From an uncultured bacterium (lineage in GTDB: Bacteria > Zixibacteria > MSB-5A5 > GN15 > FEB-12), in contig CBFDBU010000001.1 in the NCBI GenBank assembly GCA_965603125.1, forward strand, positions 118,588 to 182,587: a stretch of DNA of 64,000 nucleotides. Direction: 5' to 3'. The position numbers were made by a program, and so were the translations under genes. The notes under the pieces are model-generated. The model ran no database searches. It was not told the DNA's origin and saw nothing but the letters and a program-made list of their open reading frames with translations. Shown here in pieces: positions 27,593-37,045 of this stretch (position 1 is the first letter of the stretch; the number at the start of each line of letters is the position of its first letter).

Positions 27593-29632
27593 TTATCGCA
27601 GATAAACCTCCAGCGCCGGGTAAAGGTCGATCAGGTGACCCACATAAACACTGTCGAGGCCTTTCGCGCGGGCTTGCTGATAGACTTCACCGGCCCGCCG
27701 GTAATCCTGTCGACTCAGGTGGTGCTCCGCCAACTGTGTCAGTAGGGAAAGTGGCGCGGCGTCTCTCTCATAGAGGCAGGTGGCCCTCTCCAGCCAGTCT
27801 TCAGTGCGATTCATCCGCTGGTAGACCATCACCAGCCCGATCATGGCATCGGTGTTTCCAGGATCGATTGAAACCGCCTTGAGAAGCGATTGCTCGGCCT
27901 TGGCGATGCGGCCTTTGTCAAAATAGGCCCCGGCCAGTCTGGTGCGGAAGTCGGAACTGTATGGGTTCAAACCCACCGCCATTTCCAGTATGACCACCGC
28001 GCTGTCATACTGTTGCTGCGCCAGAAAGCAACTGCCCATGTTGGCATAGGCGCTGTAGAACATGGGATTCATCCTGATAACCCGGCGCAGCACGGGTATT
28101 GCCTCGGCCCAATTCCCGGAGTTCTGCAGATCGAGGGCCTCGCCGTGGAGTTGCCACTCCGGGTAGTCGTGAACAAAGCTTCTCTGTTCGCGAGCGGCAG
28201 TGGCGGAGTCGCCGATATCCTGATAGTACCCCACGAGGAACCGGCGGGCGATCATGTTCTTGCCGGGGTCCAGAGCGGTGTAGTTCCTGAAGTGCGCCAC
28301 GCCAACATCGGGAACCACCTGGCTCACCGCTCTGGGCAGCAGCGCCAAGAAGCCAAGCACGACCGCCAACACCGCAATCGTCGCGTAGCCCGGTATTCTC
28401 GAACGGTTGTCAAGGAGCCGGTAGAAGCAGAGTATCACCAGCGGCAAACCTGCAAATGAGAACAGATCCCAGTCGCGCGGCATACCGAGTTTGGGATCAA
28501 CGACGAATATCGCTCCAAGAACCGACCCCGACAGCACGAGCAGGTATAGGTACTCACGCCGCATGAGAAGACCTTTGCCCGGCGCAAGAAAAAAGACAGC
28601 TATGAAAAGCAGCAGACCCGGCAGCAGAAGAAGCAGCAGGTTCAGGAAATCAGCCAGGTGCGCCGGGGAAAACAATGTGTAGCCCTCCACCGTGAACCGG
28701 TCTTGGACGAGCGGCACCAGGGCAAGTCGAAACGTGTAACCGTTCGAATAGAAGTAACCGAAGATGACAACCGATATGGCGGCCATGCCTATGCCTGCCG
28801 CTATCTTCACCGCCCGGTTCTGCCGCGACATGAATTCGCCTATTCGAGTCCGCGCCGCAAGCAGATAGATGGCGGATGGGATCAGGCTCACACCCATCAC
28901 GTGAAAGAACACAGCTAAAGACAGGGGAGCTATTGTCACCCATCGGTTCCACTTCCCTTTGATCACCAGTAGGCCCGTCAGCGTGTACACCATCACCGAC
29001 AGGATAAACAAGGAGTAGTATTCCACATACCCAAAAAACAGCAGGGAAAATCCACCGGAGGCCAGACCCAGTGTAAACAGAACACGGTCAACAACCCGCT
29101 CGTGCAGCGCCCTCGAGAAACATGCAGCCGCGATTAAGAAGACAACGCCTGACAAGATTGACATTGCCTGAAACGTATACAGCGCTGCCGTCTCCGGTTG
29201 GTCACTCACGAAGGAGTCAGCCCAGTGAACGAGCAGAATCAGGCCGGCGGAACTGGGTTTGGCCAGGAGTTCATCAGACGCGAGACGCGCCAAGGCGTGA
29301 TAACCATCCCCAAGGAAATGAGTCTTGGCTCGCAGCAGATAGAACAGCAGGCCCAGCAGGATCGTCACAACGGCCGCCGGCAACCAGTACTTGTGATTTT
29401 CAACCGTTGTTTTTTCTTCACCTGTCGCCAACCTACTACGTCGATTGAATGCGAATAATATGATCGGAGGAACCAGAACGCCGAGGACAAAGATACCCAC
29501 AGGTACCCAGGCAGGCTGGAAAGCCCACAGGTTGAGCCCCCAGACACGGTATTCGGGAAAGAAGGCGGCCACAAGGAAAGCGGTCAGGGTCAGGTAATAG
29601 GCTCCGATCGGTATGTGGGGCCACCTGTCCAT
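27593..29632 (-). CDS. Polytopic membrane protein with C-terminal TPR domain (paralogue 2)
   Basis: 679 aa, with about 11-13 predicted TM helices followed by about 200 aa of TPR. It shares the blocks THFLGDGY, GYVEYYSLF and DPKLGMPRDWDLFSFAG with the upstream gene. Its ATG overlaps the upstream stop codon (TGATG at 29630-29634). Confidence 0.8.
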   Translation of the reverse strand: MDRWPHIPIGAYYLTLTAFLVAAFFPEYRVWGLNLWAFQPAWVPVGIFVLGVLVPPIILFAFNRRSRLATGEEKTTVENHKYWLPAAVVTILLGLLFYLLRAKTHFLGDGYHALARLASDELLAKPSSAGLILLVHWADSFVSDQPETAALYTFQAMSILSGVVFLIAAACFSRALHERVVDRVLFTLGLASGGFSLLFFGYVEYYSLFILSVMVYTLTGLLVIKGKWNRWVTIAPLSLAVFFHVMGVSLIPSAIYLLAARTRIGEFMSRQNRAVKIAAGIGMAAISVVIFGYFYSNGYTFRLALVPLVQDRFTVEGYTLFSPAHLADFLNLLLLLLPGLLLFIAVFFLAPGKGLLMRREYLYLLVLSGSVLGAIFVVDPKLGMPRDWDLFSFAGLPLVILCFYRLLDNRSRIPGYATIAVLAVVLGFLALLPRAVSQVVPDVGVAHFRNYTALDPGKNMIARRFLVGYYQDIGDSATAAREQRSFVHDYPEWQLHGEALDLQNSGNWAEAIPVLRRVIRMNPMFYSAYANMGSCFLAQQQYDSAVVILEMAVGLNPYSSDFRTRLAGAYFDKGRIAKAEQSLLKAVSIDPGNTDAMIGLVMVYQRMNRTEDWLERATCLYERDAAPLSLLTQLAEHHLSRQDYRRAGEVYQQARAKGLDSVYVGHLIDLYPALEVYLR

Positions 29633-31668
29633 CAGGGGAGACCGCTCTTGAGTTCAGGATGGGCTTCGATCAGTTGCCGCACCTGGGCGCTGTCCAGGCC
29701 ACGCTTTATGGCATGGCGATAGACGCTCAACGCCTGTTGGTGGCGTCCACGCGAGAGCAGGTTGTCGCCCAGTTCTCTGATGATCGGCGGGGGAGCGTCG
29801 TCCCGGGATGCGATGTCACGCAGGAACTCGAAGTATCGGGCCTGGTTGCCCCGGGCCTGGTAGAGCCGCATGAGGCCCTGTCGGGATTGAAACATGTTGC
29901 TGTCCAGCGCCATCGCTTCCAGCCATGCCTCCTCGGCCCTGTCCAGATCGTTTCTCTGCATGTAGACAAGGCCCAGATTGGCCAGAGTGGGCGCGCTGTG
30001 GGGGTTCAGGCCATCGGCTATCTGCACACAAAGCAGGGCGCTGTCAAGCATCCCCAACCGGGCATAGTACTCTCCCAGGTCGGCCCAGCCTATGGCGTAC
30101 AAGGGGTTCATCTTTAGCAGTTGCCGCATGACCCTGACCGCCTCCTCGACCCGGCCGCTCGTCCGATGATCCCGGGCCGCCCCAAACAGGAACCGCTCTG
30201 GTTGTTCCTTCTGCCAGCGCGATATTTCCTCATTGGCCTTGGCTCGCTCACCCCGGGCGTTATAGTAATCGACCAGAACTCGTCCGGCGTTAAGACTCTT
30301 CATTCTGTCCAGAGCCATGAAACTTCTGAAATGAGCAATGGCGACATCCGGCTGCGTCTGGCTTACGGCGCGTGGAATCAGCGTCAGGAGGCCGGAGACT
30401 ACACACAGTAGGCTCAACGTCACATATGGCTTGATAGCCCTCCTGTTGTCCAGCAGGAAGTAGTAGGCCAGGACTGCTAAGGGTACGCCCGCGAATGAAA
30501 ACAGGTCCCAGTCGCGCGGCATGCCCAGTTTGGGATCAAGAACGAACACCGCCCCCCAGACCGACAATGTCAGGAGGAGAAGGTACCTGTACTCCTTCTT
30601 TCTCAAGACGGCCCCGGTCGAAAAAGCCGGTGGCAGCGTCACCATCAGAAGCAAACCGGGGAGCAGCAGGATCAGAAGGTTCAGGATGTCGGCCAGGTGG
30701 CTCAGCGAGAACAGGGTATAGCCCTCCACAGTGAACCGGTTGGAGAAAAGAGGCACAAAGGCAAACCGGAAGTAGTAGCTGTTTGTATAGAAATGATGAA
30801 ACACGACCAACAAAGCGATGACGGTAATCAACGCTATGGCCGCTCTGGAAGTCAGTTTCATGCGGGCAATAGCGTGACCGGCCCGGGTTCGGATCACCAG
30901 CAGATATACGGCGGCCGGAATGAGCGTCACCCCGAGAATGTGAAAGAAAACAGCCAGCGCCAACAGCGGAAGCATCAACCACCTGTTCGCCTCGCCCCGG
31001 GACACCAGAAGCCCGGTCAGTGTGAACACCAGAACCGACAGAACAAATAGTGAGTAGTATTCCACGTAGCCGAAGAACAGCAGCATGTAACCACCGGATG
31101 CAAGACCCATTAGAAACAGCAGTCTGTCCGACGTGCGCTCAAAGAGTCGCCCGGCAAAGAAACCGATAGCAGTCAGGAATGCAACCCCGGAAGCTATGGA
31201 GATAATCTGGCTGCCGATCAGGGCCGCCTGCCCGACGCCGCCAAGGGCCAATCTCGACCAGATGTGAACCAGTGATTCCCCCACCTCTCTGACCTTCAGC
31301 GCGAGTGGACTCTTCTCTCCCAGCACCGAAAGCAGCGCGTAGCCGTCACCGAGAAAATGAGTCTCGGCTCGCAGCAAATAGAACAGCAGACTGAAAAGAG
31401 CGATCAACCCTGCTGCTGGCAGCCAGTACCGCAGACCCCTATCTGACAGCTCAGCATTCTCCGGCGGCGAATCCCAGCGGCGTTCGAAGAATCTCAGGAT
31501 CAGCGGCGCGACAGCACCCAAAGCGGCAAGGACCAACACTACCCAGAGGGGGTAGTAGCCCCACCAGTTGACCCCCCATATTCGTTGCTCGGGGAAAAAG
31601 GCACCTATCACAAGTGTCGCCAGGGTCACATAATAAGCGGCAAGAGGAAGGGCTGACCGCTTTGTCAT
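29632..31668 (-). CDS. Polytopic membrane protein with C-terminal TPR domain (paralogue 1)
   Basis: 678 aa with the same architecture and conserved blocks as 27593..29632. Its ATG overlaps the stop codon of the 69-aa ORF upstream (ATGA at 31665-31668). Confidence 0.8.
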   Translation of the reverse strand: MTKRSALPLAAYYVTLATLVIGAFFPEQRIWGVNWWGYYPLWVVLVLAALGAVAPLILRFFERRWDSPPENAELSDRGLRYWLPAAGLIALFSLLFYLLRAETHFLGDGYALLSVLGEKSPLALKVREVGESLVHIWSRLALGGVGQAALIGSQIISIASGVAFLTAIGFFAGRLFERTSDRLLFLMGLASGGYMLLFFGYVEYYSLFVLSVLVFTLTGLLVSRGEANRWLMLPLLALAVFFHILGVTLIPAAVYLLVIRTRAGHAIARMKLTSRAAIALITVIALLVVFHHFYTNSYYFRFAFVPLFSNRFTVEGYTLFSLSHLADILNLLILLLPGLLLMVTLPPAFSTGAVLRKKEYRYLLLLTLSVWGAVFVLDPKLGMPRDWDLFSFAGVPLAVLAYYFLLDNRRAIKPYVTLSLLCVVSGLLTLIPRAVSQTQPDVAIAHFRSFMALDRMKSLNAGRVLVDYYNARGERAKANEEISRWQKEQPERFLFGAARDHRTSGRVEEAVRVMRQLLKMNPLYAIGWADLGEYYARLGMLDSALLCVQIADGLNPHSAPTLANLGLVYMQRNDLDRAEEAWLEAMALDSNMFQSRQGLMRLYQARGNQARYFEFLRDIASRDDAPPPIIRELGDNLLSRGRHQQALSVYRHAIKRGLDSAQVRQLIEAHPELKSGLP

Positions 31669-31874
31669 CGGTTCATATGCTCCTTCAACAACGGATACTG
31701 TTCCGCCAACTTGCTCACGTAAACGCTGTCGAGGCCTTTCTGTAACCCACGACGATAAGCTTCGGCCGCCTGGGCGAAACGCTCTTTCGACAGGAGAAGG
31801 TCACCCAGTACCGGATAATACAGAACGAGCGGCGCCATGGCCGGTCTTCCGGTGGATTGGACTTGCTGCATCAA
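31665..31874 (-). pseudogene. 69-aa ORF homologous only to the extreme C-terminus of the two downstream paralogues (relic or mini-gene)
   Basis: LLSKERFAQAAEAYRRGLQKGLDSVYVSKLAEQYPLLKEHMNR aligns with LSRQDYRRAGEVYQQARAKGLDSVYVGHLIDLYPALEVYLR and LLSRGRHQQALSVYRHAIKRGLDSAQVRQLIEAHPELKSGLP. Confidence 0.5.
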
Positions 31875-31903
31875 GGTGATTCGATCCCTCCGGGCCCGCT
31901 CGC

Positions 31904-32890
31904 TTACCCACCCAGTTCCCGGATGCGGGCGTTAATGTGATTGTATATCTCCGGCCAGGACTTATCGAAACCTCCCAGCTTGTATTCTTCACGGGCTCTC
32001 CGGAGCAGTTTGAGTCCTGCCGCCTTGTCGCCCCCGGCCACCGCAATCTCGCCGAGATCCTCGCAGGCCTGCCCGATAGCGGAATGATTGCCCAGCCGTT
32101 CCGCCCAGGCCAGAACCGGTCGCAGCCACCTGGCCGCTTCGTCATGATTACCTAAGAACCGATGGGTCATGCCGACATGGTAGTCGGCGAACAACTTCGC
32201 AATCTCACCGGAATGACGCCAGTGGTACTCACGGGCCTTCTGGTAGCATTGCAGAGCGGAGTCGTACTGTTTGAGATCGTAGTAGGTCCCGGCCAGGTTG
32301 TTCCATAGCGGCCCCAGCCAGCTTTCCACGTCTCCCGCCTCGGCTGCTTCGATCCCCCGTCTCCCCCACTCGATTTGCTCCTCCGGCGATTCGGTCACGA
32401 TGGCTATCATGTGGGCGGCGTCGACGGCTCTGCTCCACATGGCGTTGGTGTTGCAGTAGGTATACATCCGGTCAAAAGTCTCGCGCGCCTTTTTCAGGTC
32501 GCCGTCCTTCCACTCGAATCGCCCCTTGACACCAAGGTAGCGCGACCAGCCCATGGGATCGGAATCCGTCGCTCGCTCTTCGGCGCGAACCAGCCAGACC
32601 CGGCCCGCTTCCTTGTCGTCCAGGATAAGATACATCCGCGCCACCTGCGACAACGCTTCCACTTCGAGGGAGCGGTCGAATTCCTCGCGGGCCTTTTCAA
32701 CGACCGCCACGTATTCTTCCCGAGCGGTCTCGTAATCACGCGACTGGAACAACTCGTCGGCCTTTGCCATCATGGCGTCGGAAGTGGGTTCTGAATCTGT
32801 CACCAGAGTTCCTTTCGGCTTGATGTCGACCGCCACCACCAGAATCGGCAGCAGCAGCAGCGATGTCAACGTTGTCACAATTCTCATCAT
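31904..32890 (-). CDS. Secreted TPR-repeat protein
   Basis: ATG at 32890 is preceded by GAGGGAG. The signal peptide is MMRIVTTLTSLLLLPILVVAV. TPR-like repeats run throughout. Confidence 0.7.
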   Translation of the reverse strand: MMRIVTTLTSLLLLPILVVAVDIKPKGTLVTDSEPTSDAMMAKADELFQSRDYETAREEYVAVVEKAREEFDRSLEVEALSQVARMYLILDDKEAGRVWLVRAEERATDSDPMGWSRYLGVKGRFEWKDGDLKKARETFDRMYTYCNTNAMWSRAVDAAHMIAIVTESPEEQIEWGRRGIEAAEAGDVESWLGPLWNNLAGTYYDLKQYDSALQCYQKAREYHWRHSGEIAKLFADYHVGMTHRFLGNHDEAARWLRPVLAWAERLGNHSAIGQACEDLGEIAVAGGDKAAGLKLLRRAREEYKLGGFDKSWPEIYNHINARIRELGG

Positions 32891-33149
32891 ATGCTCCCTC
32901 GATATCTGCGGCCGGTGTACGTCCTCGTGCGCCAGCCAATCCTCACCCGGCAGACAGGACGTCCGCCGGGCACAGGGCAAGGTTCATCTGTAATCGTACC
33001 GTCAAGTATACAAGCTGACGCGGGAAAGATCATTCAAAAACTGCCTCTAACAAGGCAGGATTCCGTTGGCACAGAATTCCGTTTGACCGGGGGCGGCGGC
33101 GGGAGTATATTCCGCTGCTTGCCGAACCCCTGTGTGATGTCACGAATGA

Positions 33150-34154
<1,005 letters not shown>

Positions 34155-34173
34155 CCCGCGTGAAGGACAAACC

Positions 34174-35145
34174 GTGCCCATGAAGAAGGCAACCGTATTC
34201 GTGACCGGCATCGCCGGGTTTGCGGGGTCTTACCTGGCCGAGGAACTGCTCGCCGCCGGGTACCGGGTCGTCGGCGCCGTTCACCCCAGGGAGTCCACCG
34301 CGAATATAGCCTCTCTCAGAGGCGAGGTGGATATTGTCCGGTTGGACATACAAAACGCCTCGCGATGCCGGCAGTCTCTTCTCAAAGCGAAACCGGACTA
34401 CGTCTGTCACTTAGCGGCGATTGCCTCGGTGTGGCGCTCGTTTGAAATGGAACGCGCGGTCTACCGGGTCAATTTCGAGGGGACTCTGAACATGCTTGAG
34501 GCGACCCTTGAGACCGACCGCGTGCGGCGGTTTCTGTTCGTCAGTTCGGCCGACTGCTACGGCGTGTTCACGCCCCGGAACAAGACTCTCACCGAGGAAC
34601 AACCGCTGAACCCGGTTTCTCCTTACGCTCTTTCCAAGGCGGTGGCCGAGCAGGCCTGCCGGTATTATGCCCAGCATTACCGGCTCCCCATCGTCACCGC
34701 CCGCTCCTTTACGCACAGCGGCCCCCGCCAGAGCGTCGATTTCGTAATCCCCTCGTTTGCCAAACAGATAGCCACGATTGAAGCCGGTCGGTCCCGCCCG
34801 GTGATGGCGGTCGGGAATCTGACGGCAAAGAGAGATATATCCGACGTGCGCGATATCGTGCGCGGCTACCGACTGCTTATTGAAAAAAGCCGGGCGGGCC
34901 GTGTGTACCAGTTGTGTTCGGGCCGGGCGGTGACGATCCAGACCGTGTTGAACTCGCTGCTCAGGCTCTCGTCGCATAATATCAAAGTCAGGGTGGATCC
35001 CTCGCGCCTGCGCAAGATCGACATACCGGTTCAGAGAGGGGACAACTCCCGCGCTGTTCAAGAGTTGGGCTACCAGGTCCGATATACACTCATGACGACT
35101 CTCAAGGACACGCTGGATTTCTGGAGAAAGAGAATCAACTCGTAG
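34174..35145 (+). CDS. NAD-dependent epimerase/dehydratase, probably GDP-4-keto-6-deoxy-D-mannose reductase (Rmd-like)
   Basis: Rossmann motif VFVTGIAGFAGSYLAEELL and an SDR catalytic YALSK motif. It lies immediately downstream of gmd. The substrate assignment rests on context only. Confidence 0.55.
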   Translation: MPMKKATVFVTGIAGFAGSYLAEELLAAGYRVVGAVHPRESTANIASLRGEVDIVRLDIQNASRCRQSLLKAKPDYVCHLAAIASVWRSFEMERAVYRVNFEGTLNMLEATLETDRVRRFLFVSSADCYGVFTPRNKTLTEEQPLNPVSPYALSKAVAEQACRYYAQHYRLPIVTARSFTHSGPRQSVDFVIPSFAKQIATIEAGRSRPVMAVGNLTAKRDISDVRDIVRGYRLLIEKSRAGRVYQLCSGRAVTIQTVLNSLLRLSSHNIKVRVDPSRLRKIDIPVQRGDNSRAVQELGYQVRYTLMTTLKDTLDFWRKRINS

Positions 35146-35175
35146 GCTCGACGCCTTCAACCGGAGATACACGAC

Positions 35176-36516
35176 ATGGCAAGAAAGAACACTCGAGAGG
35201 CCAGGACCATGCAGGAACTCATCGGCAAGATCAAAGACCGCAGCGCCCGAGTGGGTGTCGTCGGCCTGGGGTATGTCGGTCTGCCATTGTCTGTAGAACT
35301 CGCCCGGGTCGGGTTCAAGGTGACCGGTTTCGATATATCGCGTCCCAAGATCAAGTTGCTCAACTCCGGGAAATCGGATATTGATGACGTACCTGACGCT
35401 CATGTCGCTGAGATGGTGACCTCGGGCTACTTCAAAGCGACCGATGACACCAGGCTGCTGGCCAAAATGGACACCATCTCCATCTGTGTGCCCACACCGT
35501 TGTCCAAGACCAAGGACCCCGATGTCAGCTACATTCTGGCAGCGGTGGATGACGTTCAAAAGCAGTTGAAGTCGGGGACGTTGGTGGTTCTCGAATCGAC
35601 GACCTACCCGGGTACGACCGAGGACCTGATTCTGCCCAGACTCGAGGCGAGCGGGATGAAAGCCGGGACTGATTTCTTCCTGGCCTTTTCACCGGAACGG
35701 GTCGATCCAGGCAACCCCACTTTTACAACCAAGAACACACCCCGGGTGGTGGGAGGCATCACTCCCGCCTGCACACAGGTAGCCAAAACCTTCTATGAGC
35801 AGACTATCCCTCAAATCCATGCGGTATCTTCGACGCAAGCCGCCGAGATGGTCAAGCTGCTGGAAAACACGTTCCGGTCGGTCAATATCGGCCTGGTCAA
35901 CGAGGTGGCCGTAATGTGCGACCGCCTGAATCTCGATGTCTGGGAGATTATCGACGCCGCCGCTTCCAAGCCGTTCGGCTTCATGCCGTTCTATCCCGGC
36001 CCCGGTCTTGGAGGGCACTGCATCCCCATCGACCCGCACTACCTGTCGTGGAAGTTGAAATCGCTCAACTACTACGCCCGGTTCATCGAACTGGCCGGAG
36101 AAATCAACAGCCAGATGCCGGAGTACGTGGTGGACCGCATAGGACAACTGCTGAACCAACGCTTCGCCAGGTCGATCAACAAGTCGTCAATCCTGGTGCT
36201 GGGCGTGGCCTACAAGCCGGATATCAAGGACACGCGCGAATCGCCGGCTCTCGACGTCATCACGCTACTGGAAGACAAAGGGGCCAAAATACAATACAAC
36301 GATCCGTTTATCCCCGAAATTGACTGGAACGGTTCCATGCGCAAGTCAGTCAAACTGACCGCGGCTCTGATCAGGAAGGCCGATCTCACGGTAATACTGA
36401 CTCACCACTCCGGGTACGATTACCAGTGGATAGTGGATCAGTCCCGGGCCGTGTTTGACGCCCGCAACGCCACCAAAGACGTCAAGAAAAACCGCAACAA
36501 GATAGTGCTGCTCTGA
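35176..36516 (+). CDS. Nucleotide-sugar dehydrogenase (UDP-glucose/GDP-mannose dehydrogenase family, WecC/TviB-like)
   Basis: N-terminal VGVVGLGYVGLPLSVELA, the catalytic region GLGGHCIPIDP, and a length of 446 aa. Confidence 0.85.
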   Translation: MARKNTREARTMQELIGKIKDRSARVGVVGLGYVGLPLSVELARVGFKVTGFDISRPKIKLLNSGKSDIDDVPDAHVAEMVTSGYFKATDDTRLLAKMDTISICVPTPLSKTKDPDVSYILAAVDDVQKQLKSGTLVVLESTTYPGTTEDLILPRLEASGMKAGTDFFLAFSPERVDPGNPTFTTKNTPRVVGGITPACTQVAKTFYEQTIPQIHAVSSTQAAEMVKLLENTFRSVNIGLVNEVAVMCDRLNLDVWEIIDAAASKPFGFMPFYPGPGLGGHCIPIDPHYLSWKLKSLNYYARFIELAGEINSQMPEYVVDRIGQLLNQRFARSINKSSILVLGVAYKPDIKDTRESPALDVITLLEDKGAKIQYNDPFIPEIDWNGSMRKSVKLTAALIRKADLTVILTHHSGYDYQWIVDQSRAVFDARNATKDVKKNRNKIVLL

Positions 36517-36608
36517 TAGCCCTCTGCGAGACGAGCATCCCGCCTGACGCGCAGAGCCGACGGACCAACCCAATCATAAGCGCAGCAGGGCAGTATCCAG
36601 GCGATGAC

Positions 36609-36644
36609 GGGTGGCGGGTTCAAACTCGTTTGGACCCGCCACCC
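36609..36644 (+). terminator. Strong hairpin after the sugar dehydrogenase gene (no U-tract)
   Basis: GGGTGGCGGGT-(14 nt)-ACCCGCCACCC forms an 11-bp stem, about 90 nt after the stop codon. Confidence 0.35.
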
Positions 36645-36662
36645 TTAGCAGCAATAGTAGTA

Positions 36663-36689
36663 GTAGGTCAGGCCCCCTGTGGGCCTGAC
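36663..36689 (+). repeat. REP-like element with GTAG head
   Basis: GTAG-GTCAGGCC-ccctgt-GGGCCTGAC has the same design as the elements at 56591-56730. Confidence 0.6.
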
Positions 36690-37045
36690 AACGGCTGCCG
36701 ACAAAGGCCGTGTGACCCACCATTTATGGTGGGGTACAAAGCTGATTGACTTCGGCGGTTTGTGGGGCTGTGATCCAGTTGTGACTAAGTCAACCAATCG
36801 GTTTGCGACGGATACAGAGAAACCCACCTTGAAAGGTGGGCCACCCAACCGGGAATAACTGAGGGGTGCAACGGGATTGATCCGCACGTTACAGTGGGAA
36901 TGACCCCTGGCGTGACCAAGTCACTGTTTTGCGTTCTGTCCTGAGTCTTTCAATAGCCTGCTAATCCCCCCCCGACAGGCTCTTTTTCTGCCCGGGCAGG
37001 TGGATAAACTGTCCTGCCGGCGTGCCGATCTAAGTAAGATACGGC

